Position numbers and translations under genes: made by a program. From Azolla caroliniana (Eukaryota > Plantae > Polypodiophyta): a stretch of 64,000 bases of DNA. Below the pieces are notes generated by a model. That model was given only the letters and a program-made list of their open reading frames with translations. It did not search any database and was not told the origin of the DNA. Shown here piece by piece: positions 9,402 to 33,069 of the stretch (positions are counted from its first letter, which is position 1; every line of letters begins with the position of its first letter). Where the stretch lies: positions 1,798,001-1,862,000 of the forward strand of contig JBHGNT010000004.1 of the NCBI GenBank assembly GCA_043228905.1, written 5' to 3'.

Positions 9402-12280
9402 GCGTATCCCTTCGCCACTAATCAGGCTTTATACCGGTTAACAGAACCGTCGGCATTGTACTTTACCTTGTATATCCACTTGCATCCGATCGGTTTACAG
9501 TGACGAGGAGGGTCAACCAGGTCCCATGTCTTGTTGACATCAAGTGCCCGCATTTCTTCTTCCATAGCGTCACGCAAATTTGCGTCTTTGGCCGCTTCTG
9601 TGTAGCTCTCCGGTTCACGCACTTTCGCCACCTTAGTCATGTACGCATAATGATGCACCATATACTCATTGTACCCGTACCGCTTGACGGGATCCTTCTG
9701 GCGGGTGGACCGACGTAACTCACTGTTACCCAGTTCGAGGCCCTTCTTGGCCGGTTCGGTCTTCGTTGCCGAAGGTCCGCCTTTCTCCTTGCCGGAGTCG
9801 GATGCACACTGATCTGACTCATCGTTGCCGGTTTCAAATTCCGGCATCTTCTTCTTCCCCTTCTCTGTGCGCGTGAACCGTCGCCTCGGTTCCTTGCGCG
9901 GGGAGTGCACGGCAGAGTTTCCACTACTCGTCAGTTCCTCATCGGACTGGTCAGATTGACTCAGTCTCTCGTTTGGCCCACTGAACCGGAACGATTTTGG
10001 ACTCTCATCCTGAGTCCACGCTTCATCATCCTCTACCTTGGCTGGTTCAGGCTCAGTAGCCTCATCCACCGGCACCAGGTCGGATTCGGAAGTCGGAGCC
10101 CGTAAAGAGTACCACGATGCCGATTCATCGAACTTGACATCTCAACTAACTCGGACCTGCTTTGTCCGGGGGTTATAACACATATAACCCTTCTGCTCTT
10201 GAGCATAGCCGATTAGGATGCATTTTTCCGATTTTGCATCCAGCTTCCTCCGCTTCTCTTCCGGTACATGCACATATGCAATGCTACCAAAGATCTTAAG
10301 GTGTCTCAAATTCGGCTTGCACCCGAAATCCAGCTCGTGAGCTGACACCTTGTCACCGATCCAGTTCTAGATGTAGACTACTATTCGGATTGCCTCCCCC
10401 CAGTAGAATTTGGGCATGCTCTTCTCCTCCAGCATTGCCCTTGCCGCATCAATAAGTGACCGGTTCTTCCTTTCGGCAACATTGTTCTGTTGCGGTGTGT
10501 ATCTGCAGTTGAACTCTCGCTGAATTCCCTTTTGCTGCAGATAACTGTTGAATTGGCCGGAAAAGTACTCTTTTCTGCCATCCGACCGCAGGCATTTGAT
10601 CTTCCTCTCCGATTCCCGTTCCACCATGCTTTGGAGACTCCGGAAATTCTTGAAGACTTCACTCTTCCACTCAATGAGGTAGATCCATGTGTGCCGCGTA
10701 TAGTCGTCGATGAAGGAGACGAAATATTGACTCCCACCAAGACTAACATTCTGTGCCGGTCCCCACACATCCGAATGGATAAGGTCGAGCTTGTGTTGAC
10801 GTCATTGCTGTCCTTTTGTCCTTTTGCAAACAGAGCGGTGCCGACGTCATTGGTGTCGAGGATAAACATTCTCCCGTCTCTGCGCCCTTGCGCAATAATT
10901 TGGCCCTCTTCCTCGATGAAGCACCCGAGGTGCGTAAACCGCACCTACATCCCCTAGTCGACGATCTATCCGACCGACACCAGGTTCTTCGTGATTGTCG
11001 GAACGTGTAATACGTTCATCAGCTTCCCCTTCTGTCTGACGTTGCTCAAAGGGACTTCTCCGACATGCACAATTGGGTGAGGAGTGTCATCTTCGGTTTC
11101 GACTACTCCTGGTTGATCCGGTTTCTCCAAAAAGGAGAACCACTCTTTGTGGTTCGTCATGTGGTTCGATGCACCGGAATCAACATACCACACTTCCTCC
11201 GATTTGGAAGTGGTCTTCTTCATCGAGTTCGCCTCGTGCTTCATCACCAAGACTGGCCCGTTACCGTTCTTGGATCCTCCCGATCCCTTCGCGTAGTGCG
11301 AGCTTTGCCGGCCATCCTTGCCGGCCTTGCCGGATCCGTATTTGTCCGAATCGGCGCGTTTTCTCTAGCACTCGCTCTCTCTGTGACCCTTTTTGCCACA
11401 GTACCAGCATTCCGTTGCAGTCTTCTCTTGCCATCTTCCGGTGCCACCATTACTCCCCCTACTCTCGGAGGGTCCGGAACTACTGTCGACACGTTCTCTG
11501 TGCCTTTGTTCCTAGTCTTGCCGACCGCTTCCATTGCGTGCCGACCCGCCTCGTCCACCACGCCCACGGGACCGATCCGCTTCCGTGTACAGCATCTGGC
11601 TGTCAATGGGTGCGCTAGTTGACGCACCGGCGTTGTTCTCCTCTACAAGGAGCATCGACTGTAAGTCGAAAAATGACGGCGTATTCTCCCTTGTACACAC
11701 CGCCGTTCGGAACACTCTGAACTTAGATGCCAGGCCTCCAAGACAAACCTGTACCATCTCGTCTTCCTCTACGGTAACGTTGATAGAGGCAAGCGAGTCA
11801 CAGATCTCTTTGATCCGGGCCGTGTAATCCGCCACCGACATGTCCTTCTATCGGACATTGCTCAACTCCTATCAGAGTTGTAGCTTCCGGGTTGTAGTGC
11901 TCGCAGCGAAAACCTTCTTCAGGTTCCCCCAAGCCTCCTTCGGCGTCTTGGCGTCTCTGATGTGGCTAAGCAACTGGTCTCCGACACTGGACGCGAAGCA
12001 GTACATCACTCTACTTGCTGATTGTTCCCACACTAGGAAGTCCTTATGTGCCGCATCAGGTGCTGTTTCATTGGCTCCTTCGACGAAACTCCAGTAGCCA
12101 TGCCCAAGCATGTACTAGTGCATCTTATATGACCAAGATGCATAGTTGGATCTGTCGAGTTTCTCCACAGGGAGCGAGCTAGCCATACCTCTATCCATCA
12201 CTTCTCTGTCTGTTGTTTTACGACCTGTTAGGGTTTGCTTTCAAGCGTTTGTCGTTGTAGAGGAGGTTCTCAACCCTCGC

Positions 12281-12292
12281 GCTTTGATACCA
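12281..12292 (-). promoter_or_regulatory. tRNA-iMet primer-binding site of copia element 4
   Basis: TGGTATCAAAGC directly after the LTR end; one mismatch to the canonical TGGTATCAGAGC. Confidence 0.88.
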
Positions 12293-12706
12293 TGTAAATG
12301 ATTACTTGTGGAAGCGTTAGAAAATAGAGAAGGAAGGGAATACACAGAGTACACGGGAGAGACAAAGAGAGCAGAACTTCAAGTCTATATTCAAAAACAA
12401 TAAAAACACCCTATACATACAACTATGCTCAGTAGCATTATTTATACAAGTCCTCGTGGGACTGACAGAAGTACCACGTACTTCAATGCTCACACGAGCA
12501 TCTGACACTTGCTACGAGACTATAATTGCCTAGTAGTCTACACTAATACTAGGCTTCCGGTTACTGATTGGATCCGGCTAACCGGCTCCCTGGCTCACTG
12601 GCTCTGTTGCTTGTCGGCTCGGTTGCTCACAGCTTACCAATCCGTCTCACTTGCCGGCTCAGGCTTATTCAGCCGATCCGGCTCCAGTTGAGCTTGCCGC
12701 TCAACA

Positions 12707-12968
12707 AGGGAAAGCAAAATGATAGAAAGGGGAACCTAGAATCGAAACCCTAAAACAAAATAGGGAGAATAAGTAAAACCTTAACGGTCTACCTCAAAAT
12801 GACAAAATGGCGACCCCCTCACCCCCTTTTATAGTGGAAAAGGGTGATGCTTATTATAAACAGAGAGGCCAAATATTACTCTCTTTTCGAAGAAGAATAT
12901 TTGCCTTAATCTTAGGAAGAGAGATTGGTGGGGCCTTAACTCCCTCTCCTCTCATTTTCCCTCACACA
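12707..12968 (-). mobile_element. Truncated older LTR fragment of the element-2 family
   Basis: The reverse complement aligns by eye with the solo LTR around 8915-9080 (GGGAGTTAAGG..CAATCTC..AAGGCAAATAT..CTATAAAA..CCATTTTG). It abuts RLK intron sequence at ~12974. Confidence 0.7.
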
Positions 12969-13043
12969 ATAATGATCAAAGTATCTCCAAATATATATAC
13001 CTAACGTATATTTTCCTATTCGGATTTTGGTCATTTGAAATAG

Positions 13044-15428
<2,385 letters not shown>

Positions 15429-16229
15429 TTTCAATGGACATGCATGCAACATACAATATATACTAAATATGTACACATATTTATTTATGCTTATGCATGT
15501 AAGGTAATAAAGAATGAGGGTTGATTTTGTTTGCTCTACACCAAGACATAAGATCTTGAAAGGCATTTTATCATAATAAATGTTAGTTCGAGTGTTCTTG
15601 AGGTGGATGTGGATCATCAAGTCTGTTCAAGTTCATGACATATTTTTATGTTTTTTTTCGATCTTTCGTGGTTCTTGCTGATCATACATTCGAGTAAGTC
15701 CTACTTTGTGCAATCTTTTGGATTTGATGGCTTAATTTACTTCTCGAGGTTTGAATATATCATTCTAGACTTCCATGCTAGCATATGAATATTTGGGTTG
15801 ATGTACATATTTTTCTATGTTGTGTAACGTGTTAGAGCTTCAACAAAAAAATATGATTTCCAAAATTGCTCTTTCTTGGTCCCTTAACCAAGTAATGAAT
15901 GGTGAATAAAATTCCATGCAATTTATTAAGGATTGTTCCCTCATTTGTAATCTTGCAATTGCCACTTTATATTTTTCAAACTACTTGATTTCTAGTTTCG
16001 TTTTACATGACCCATAATCATCATCCAAAGGGTTACGGTCCAATTTGTGAGGGTTTTTATTTGAATCATTTATAAGACGACATGCCAAATACATACATAT
16101 AGTTGAGAGACAAGCTCAACATGTGTTTGTATAAATGGAAGTGAGTGAAAGCACACATTATTGTAAATCGTGTGAACTATATAGTTACACAAGAAACTAG
16201 ATTCAATATCCAGTTAGCCCCTCAAAGTT

Positions 16230-16590
16230 AGTGCAATCAATGAATAGTTAGATATTCTTATTGCTTTAAGGGGAGCTCCAAAACCAAGTGTACATCTGGA
16301 TTAAAGTCCAATGCGTAATCACATTCAATATGCCGATTGAAGAAGTCTTTGTATGACTTGAAACAAAGGTCCAAGGGCGTGTAACTCAAAGATAATGCAA
16401 TATCTCACTAAATTGGCTTCAACGTGTTGAAATTCGACAACTCATTATATGTTCAAAAAGGTGGACGAGGCCCGCTCTTTATCATCTTACTCACATAACG
16501 CCATTACATTATGAACCTACTGTCAAAATTCAAAATGGTCGAGTGTAAGCCCATCTTGACCTCTCTTGATCGCAACTTAAAGTTGCACAA
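16230..16590 (+). mobile_element. Decayed copia RT fragment (spacer copy 1)
   Basis: [13 protein letters not shown]-like and KFKMVECKPI remnants; paralogous to 30120-30625. Confidence 0.7.
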
Positions 16591-16599
16591 AGCCTTTTG

Positions 16600-17475
16600 G
16601 TTCCCAGCCCTTGCTCTGTCTCACACTTTAAGGATCCTTGCGTCCTTTCCTCCTTCGCACCGCAATTACCAATCTTGATTGGGACAACCTCAATTCCCAA
16701 CTCTTGCTTTTGGTTCTCTTGTGATTCTTTGCTCCAATCAGGATAGTGTCACGCTTCCTTGGCCTTGATCGAACATACTTTCATGGTCATTGCCTTCACC
16801 CGAACTTGGGACTCCAGCTGTTCTTCTTCTTCCTTGACTCCAACTTGGTTCACCCCTACTCGAGAAGAACCCCCCTCCTGCTTGGGACATTCCCGTGCTA
16901 AGTGTGCATCTCCACGGTTGAAGCAACCTAGCTCATGTTGGGACATGGTTTGCATGTTGCTTCTACCCAAGGTTTTAAATTGGGTGTCCCTAGCCCTCCT
17001 CTTCCTTGGCTCTTCATACTTAGCTTGGTCATATGTTCTCGATCTACGTCATCTCTCTATGGATTCTTCTTTGTGTTGGGCTGCCTCCCAATCAACAACC
17101 CACTCCGCTATTTCGACCGCTTCTTCTAATGTTTCCGGCTCCATTTTCGCCCGTTCTCTCTGCATCAACAGTCGTTCTCCATACAGGAAACCATGCAACC
17201 TATCAAAATCACTCATATTAGTAATTTAAACATTTAATTTCCTACACGTAAAAAACTCTTGAGTTAGATTTCTCCACTCATCTCTCAACTTAAATGGTTC
17301 ATTAATGAAATACTCCCTTATCCTTTGCTTGAAATCCTCCCAATCTTCAAAGGGTTCCTTTGAGACTACCCGTGGGGATTGGGTGGTCCCAACCCAAGGT
17401 GACACCCTTTTTGGTATAGGGACTGGGACTAGGCCCCTTGGTGAGTTCCAGTTCAGTTAGTACAGGGCAGGGGAA
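16600..17475 (-). mobile_element. Decayed gypsy gag and LTR-like fragment (spacer copy 1)
   Basis: FLYG..RELAKMEPETLEEAVEIAE motif and zinc-knuckle remnant CFNRGDAHLARECPK; paralogous to 30630-31945. Confidence 0.65.
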
Positions 17476-17479
17476 CTAT

Positions 17480-17930
17480 ATATATATTGTTGTGTATGAT
17501 GCCTCTTAAGCTCTTGGTAATATATATCTTAAAGCTTGAGCTAACATTTAAAAATTACTAATTCCTTTTCAAGGTTGAGCTTGCTGTAGATCCTCGACTA
17601 TGAATATATAAAACACTTGGATTTGCATCACTGCCTCTTTAGTGAAAACACCTAACTTGGCAATTATATTTAGACATGAAGACGAATTTCCGAATGTACA
17701 GCATACCCTTGAATTGGAACTTCTATACTGATTATAAATATCTTGCTAAAAAGTTGAAATTTCCGAACCAATGTGAAGGGTAACTTCCCGGTAATGCATC
17801 TTACTTGGTGCTAATCATGATGGCATGTGACTAGTAAGGATGCATGCATGGTCTTTGAACCGGTGTAGAACGCTTGAGATAGGGCTTGCTGTTGCTCAAG
17901 GCTCGGAATATCTACACACTTTCGCCAAAA
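17480..17930 (+). pseudogene. LRR-RLK kinase exon remnant (subdomains V-VIa)
   Basis: Degenerate copies of the IL.YEY.K..LH..LF and LN..RRLEI.L.VAQG.EYLHTFA exons with their intron sequence. Confidence 0.75.
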
Positions 17931-20900
17931 TTAACTCCTGTGTAGTATACATGTGAACGTCTTGAATGTTGCACAAGCACTATAAGACCTATTAGCCATA
18001 TCTCGGGGCCTCCATTCTCTTACTCTCTCAAAGAATTGGAGGAGTAGGTGTGCTAGTATCGTGATTCTAGTCACTCCTCCATTCCAATATCCATTCCTAA
18101 GCTCCCATTTGCTCTTGTCTTGCCAATGTGTCCTCTGCTATGTAGACTTTGCTGCTGCCTTAGTGTTTGCAGTGTCTCCTTGACTTCTATAGCAAATTGA
18201 CACCCCACATTGTGAACTATGTTTGCGCCCACCGCATCCTCAATCAATCAGCAACCAACAATCACAAAGACATATAACCATATGTAATGTAACAAGTTAA
18301 AATTGGCTATAACACACACTCACTCTTTTCCACTCATTGCATAACCAGTAATGAATCATATCATAAGGGGGTCAAATTTAGACGCCTGCAAACCTATACA
18401 AATATACATGCGTGCATGCAAGCCAACACACATACATACATACACATATATACATCCAAACACTCCATACACACATCCATACATACATACACTCATGCAT
18501 ACATACCATGTGTTGAGAAGACATACACCAGAATTCTTTTGGCAAACTTACTATTCAATGACATGGATATAGTCATAATATGTCCATCAAGCAAAGACAC
18601 ATTCGAAACAAGCACAAATGTCCATCATTCGAAACAGAGGAATCATGAGCTTTAGAAAGGGGATCACCATCCTAGAAACAAATATGGATGGAAGATCACT
18701 GAAAATAAGGTATATTATGCAAACCCTAACTGGAAAAGTTTGAGAATAAAACAAGCATAGCAAGTGAGTCTGACCCGTTCGTCAAAAGTGAACAATAACC
18801 CTAGAAAATGTTATTACTGATTTGGAAAGAAAAGAATTTGACCAAACCCTATCCAGAACCCTAGAATCAAAACCTTGGAATGCAAACCCAAAACCAAAAA
18901 ACAGATGGAACTCTAAAATATAACGCATAACAAATAAATAACAAATGGGTTTGCATTGTTGGTTGAAATTCTAAGAGTTTGTACTGTTTAGACTCTAGAG
19001 TGAATATATTTCCTTTCTCAGAATAAATAAATACCACGTTAATAAGATCGAGTGTCAAAACTTTATGTCAAAAACCTCCAAAAACAATCCAACGTAAATA
19101 TATCAGAACAAATCCAATGTCAACACAAGAGAATATACTTTCAAAATAATTCCATCAATACTTTTCCATCACATATTGTGACATTTTTTCAAAAGAACTA
19201 TCAAGTTCTGTCATTGTTGACATACTAATGAGTTTAACGAACCCTATAGTGGGTTTGTGTTTCAACTTATGCTTAGCTTTTGATTTAGTTGTTGACACAC
19301 TAATTAACAGACTAGGAATGGCCTTGTTTCTCAACATATATGTGTAAATCTTGATTTAGTTGTTGACATGCTTGTAATGAGTTTAAAGGACATGGAGTGG
19401 CCTCATTCCTTAACTCATGGTTTGGTTTTAAGGGATCTGTATTCTCAATTGTGTGGCACACATGAACCACGAGTCAAACTCATTTAGGGATTTAAATTTT
19501 AGTGGAAGGTTTGACCTTCCGAAAGAGGTTTTTTTCAATGCTTTCCCATATTTGGAGGAAGAAGATAATATGTATAGTACTTGCTAAAGAAATGCATGTG
19601 ATAAGTATACAATGCACACTATTCACTCCATAGACTAGGTCATACCTTGGGAGGGTAATTTCGACACAATCTTGGAATATGTTAAAAACACATCACTTAC
19701 GCGGAATTAGCCTACACCTTAATGCATTTACTACACTCTTGATTATGATGCAGTAGTATGATGTACCAACTTGGATGATTCAAATATGCACGCAACATGC
19801 TTATGGTCCTAGTGTTAATTATGGGTGGGACATGCCAAAGACATAAAATTGCAGTAGTTGGAGCAAGGAGTGTAGTCCTACTTTATGCATTATCCCATAT
19901 AAAATACAAAATCAAAGCTTTTATAAAGGTTTGAATAATTAATATAATGTAAAGATGCCCCTTTCAAGATGCCAAAGCCTACACGAACAACATGTAGCTA
20001 TTTTGGAGCATTTTAAACTCCAATGTGATATCTCATCAAGTTTGGAGAGTGACCAATTTTTTGTACAAGTGGCGACTAGTTAAGAACAAATGGATATCCC
20101 ATTTTGCCTATGAAATATAGTTTCACATATTAATTGTCCGGGGCAATGAAAAAGATTTAACATTAGCAAGACAATTAACACCAAAAATTAGTCGAACACT
20201 AAACCCATTGCATTGACACAAATGATTGGGATGGCATATTGATCTCATGGTCCATGTACAATTTGCACATACGAAATTGAAGAGCGGACCAAAACTTGTA
20301 TAAATCCGATTTGAATGTCAAATATGGTAGGTAGCATCTTATGTGCATTGAAGATTGTTTGCTAGTAGAAAAGGACACAATGTGGTGTTAAGTTTTTCAC
20401 TCGTGTTGTATCTTTTCGTAGACTCTCCATCCTATATTTTCATGTCATTCATTCCATCTTCTTCTAGCAAGTGAGTGAGATCATGAAGAGTCACAGAAGA
20501 GCAATATAATAAGGCAATCGTGTACTTATTAACGTACATCACCATGATGAAGGGCCCGCAAAGACATTCGTTAAAAATAGATTCAATCAATCGCAACCAT
20601 AAGGAAGAAAGAACATAAACAAATCGCTGGTGCCCAAGGAGACTCACGTGTTTGGGTCCGAACAATGTCTTTGTATTTTATAAACTCATGCCCATGCCCA
20701 CTCCTAGGCCCTGTTTTCCCTACTGCCCCTAATACTCTGCTTTCACATGTTGTCACTTTGTCCTAAAACAATCAATGGTGGGATTTTGTTGACCCTGATG
20801 TTAGAATTAGATTATTGATGCCCATGATGTTGAGAGCCTCCTCATTTCTAAGGCCTAACTATCTATGAATTATGGGGTTAAATCACTAATTCCTCTTGGA

Positions 20901-21011
20901 GTCTGTACAGCTCCCTAATCATTATCAGCTTCAATCAGCTTAATTCAACCAAATCTCTTATCAAACCAAGACCCTGCTTCATTCGTGTGGAAACCCCATA
21001 ATCACCAAATC

Positions 21012-29295
<8,284 letters not shown>

Positions 29296-30119
29296 TTTCG
29301 ATGGACATGCATGCATCATGTGTATTGTATGCATAATATGCAACATACATTCACATTCATATGTGTCCATGTATGTACATATAGGCTAGTATATGTATAC
29401 CAAATTGTTTATGCTTATGCATGTAAGCTTATAAAGAATTGAGTGTTGATTGTGTGTGCACCGCACCACAACATAAGAACTTGGAAGACATTTTGTCATT
29501 AAAATGTGAGTTCGAGTGTGTCATGATGTGGATATGGAGACCAAGTAGCTCCTTGGAAAGTCCGTTCAAGTTCATGTCATATTTTTGTGTTGTTTGTCGA
29601 TATTTTGTGGTTCTCATACCTATCATACATTCGAGTAAGTCCTACTTGGTGCAATCTTTTGGATTTGATGGCTTAATTTACTTCTCAAAGTTTGAATATA
29701 TCATTTTGGACTTCCATGCCGACATATGAATCTCTAGGTTGATGTACATATTTTTCTATGTTGTGTTTGAGCTTTGACAAAAAAATATAAGGTCCAAAAT
29801 TGCTTGACAATATTGAACAGTAAATAAATTTGCATGCATTTTATTAATCTTGCAATCTTGCAATGGCAATTTTATATTTTTCCAAACACTTGATTTCTAG
29901 TTTACTTTTTACATGACCCAAAGGTTAGAGTCCAATTTGCGAGGGTTTTTATTTCAATCATTCATAAGACTACATGCCATTTACATACATATTGTTGAGA
30001 GACAAGCTCAACAATGAACATGTGTGTGTATAAATGGAAGTGTGTGAACGCACACATTATTGTAAATTGTGTAAACTATGTAGTTACACAAGGAACTAGA
30101 TTTGATATCCGGGTTAGCC

Positions 30120-30625
30120 CCTCAAAGTTAGTGCAATCAATGAATACTTAGATATTCTTATTCCTCCACAGGAGCTCCAAGAAGAAGTGTACACGGTGCA
30201 ACCATCAGGATTAAAGTCCAAAGCACAATCGTGTGCAATATGCAGACTAAAGAAGTCATTGTATGACTTGAAACAAGCTCCAAAGTTGTGGCACTCAAAG
30301 ATAATACAATATCTCACTAAATTGACTTCGATGTGTCGAAATTCGACAACTCTTTGTATGTTTGGAAGAGTGGACAAGGCCTGCTCTTTATCATGTTGTA
30401 TAGAAAGCCTCAAAGACATCAAGTCGATGAAAACATAGTTTTTCTGCAAGTTCGAGATGAAGGACCCGGATGAGCTCCATTATATCCTAGAAATTGAAGT
30501 CATCCAAACACTCAACAAGTTCTTACTCACGTAAGGGCATTACATTATAAACCTACGGTTGTTCAACTTTAGCATGGCCAAGTGTAAGCCCATCTTGACC
30601 CCTCTTGATCACAACTAAAAAGTTG
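30120..30625 (+). mobile_element. Decayed copia RT fragment (spacer copy 2)
   Basis: [31 protein letters not shown] and FEMKD..ELHY remnants. Confidence 0.75.
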
Positions 30626-30629
30626 CACA

Positions 30630-31945
30630 AAGCCTCTTGGTTCTGAGCCCTTGGTCGATCTCATACTTTAAGGATCATTGCGTTCTTCCCTCCTTTGCAC
30701 TGCGATTATCAATCTTCGATGGGACACCCTCAATTCCCAACTCTTGCTTTTTGTTCTCTTGTGATTCTTTGCTCAGTTCGGGACTTGCTTCCTTAGCCTT
30801 GATCCAACATACCTTCATGGTCATTGCCTTCACCCAAACTTGGGACTCCAACTAATCTTCTTATTCCTTGATCCTAACTTGGGATCTCGCTACACGAGAG
30901 GAACCCCTCTCCCACTTGTGACATTCCTGTGCTAAGTGTGGATCTTCTTTGTGTTGGGATGCCTCCCAATCACCAACCCACTCTGCTATTTCGATTGCTT
31001 CTTCTAATGTTTCTTGCTCCATTTTAGCTAGTTCTCTCTGCATCGATAGTCGTAGTCCACAGAGGAAACCATGCAACCTATCAAATCACTCATATTGGTA
31101 ATTTGACACATTTAATTCCCCATACTTCATAATATAACTCTTGAAGTAGATTTCTTCACTCATCTCTCAACTTAAATGGTTCATTCCACACACAAAAAAA
31201 ACTCCCTTATCATTTGCTTAAAATCCTTCCAATCTTCAAAGGGTTTCTTAGCTCCACCAATAAGTACCAATTGTAGGTGTTGCTCTCAAGTTATTGACTT
31301 GCTACCTTCACCCATACTCTTGGCTTCACCAAACTTTGCTCTAGAAAGTAATCCACATTGTGGATCCACTTATTTAGCTCCAACGACTCCCTCATCCCAA
31401 CGTACTCCCTCGGGGGTACCGGCTTGTAGCTTTCATAGCCATCCTCCTCCTCGACCCTTTCTCTTGGGGGTCTCAAAATGCACATAAAACATGATTGGGA
31501 CAAAGAGATTGGGAGCATAAGATGATTCATATTAAATTCATGAGACAAGATTACAATAGTCTCAAATTGGGACAAACAAAAAATGAGGGTTGAGACAATT
31601 CGAAACTAAGTCACGCCGGATCAAGATTTAGCCAAGACGAGTCAAGAGTCAAGACAACTCCCCAAACTGTGTTGTGGAATGAGAGCACTTCCAAATATTA
31701 TAATAAATGAGAGTAGAACTCAGAGGTCAAGAATGATCAAAATGAGGTGAAACTCCTCTTTATATAGACTAAGAGATGACCGTTGGGACTAGTCGTTGGG
31801 TAATCCTTTGAGACTACCGGTTGGGATTGGGTGGTCCCAACCCAAGGTGACACTCTTTTTGGGACAGGGACTAGGATTGACCCCCTTGGTGAGTTCCAGA
31901 TCAGATTGGGACTGTGTCCTAGTTAGGACAAGGCAAGGGCACTAG
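30630..31945 (-). mobile_element. Decayed gypsy gag and probable LTR (spacer copy 2)
   Basis: PREYVGMRESLELNKWIHNVDYFL..WVKVAS and FLCGLRLSMQREL gag motifs. The right-hand part recurs at 17365-17475 and ~59100-59400. Confidence 0.65.
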
Positions 31946-31949
31946 AAAT

Positions 31950-32360
31950 ATATTGTTGTGTATGACGCCTTTAAGCCCTTGGTAATATATATCTTAGAGA
32001 TTGATCTAGCATTTAAAAATTACTAATTTCTTTTCAACGTTGAGTTTGTTGTAGATCCTCATCTATGAATATATCAAACACATGGATTTGCATCACCACA
32101 TCTTTAGTAAAAACACCCAACTTTGCAATTATATTTAGAAGTGAAGAGGAAATCCTAAAGTACAACATACTCTTGAATGGGACCTTCTATAATAATTATA
32201 AATATCTTGGTAAAAAGCTGAAAGTTCTGAACCAATTTGAAGGGTAATTTACTGTTAATGCATTTTACATGGTGCTAATCATGATGGCATGTGACAAGTA
32301 AGGATGCATGCTCTTTGAACCGGTATAGACCAGAATATCTTCACACTTTCGCCGAATTTA
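31950..32360 (+). pseudogene. LRR-RLK kinase exon remnant (spacer copy 2)
   Basis: ILIYEYIKHMDLHHHIF and a partly deleted ..EYLHTFA exon; paralogous to 17480-17930. Confidence 0.72.
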
Positions 32361-33028
32361 ACTCCCGCCTAGTATAGATGTGAAGGTCTTGAATGTTGCA
32401 CAAGCACTATAAGACCTATTGGTCATAGCTCGCTCGGCCTACAGTCTCTCACTCTCTCAAAGAATTGGAAGAATAGGTGTGGTAGTATGGTGATTCTAGT
32501 CACTCCTCCATTCCAATGCACCCATTTGCACTTGTCTGCCAAAGTGTCCTGTCCAGCATTGTTTGCCACCAAGGCAACCTTTTTGGTATATGTTAGTTTG
32601 GGCTCCTATGTACACTTTGTTGTTGCCTGAGTGTTTGCAGTGCCTCCTTGACCTCTCTAGCAAATTGACACCTCATATTGCGAACAATTTTTGTGCCCAC
32701 ACCATCACCCATAAGGGCACAACTCTCAAAGTTGGGCTCATATATGGCATCATTAGTTCCGTGCTCTCTTTTTTATATTTATCCCACAACCAATTCAAAC
32801 AAAAAAAGTTGAATCAATCCTGAGAGACAAGGACCACCACATCTTCAATCAATCAACAAACAACAATCACAAAGTTATCCAACCATATAAAATGTAACAA
32901 GTTAAAATTGGCTATAACACACGCTCACTCTTTTCCACTCATTGCATAACCAATAATGAATCATATCATAAGGGATCAAATCTAGGTGCATGAAAACCTA
33001 TACAAATATACAAGCATGCATGCAAACC

Positions 33029-33069
<41 letters not shown>

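Larger units (their letters stand above)
8031..12706 (-). mobile_element. Degenerate Ty1/copia LTR retrotransposon (element 4)
   Basis: 5' LTR 12293-12706 (TGTTGAG...TTTACA) and PBS TGGTATCAAAGC. gag (EKLDRSNYASW; GHGYWSFVEG), protease WYVDSGAS, integrase (FIDDYTR, RSDG, AERKNR), RT (CKWIYKVK, MDVKN, LYVDDL). Many stops, frameshifts and a deletion upstream of the integrase core. Confidence 0.93.
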
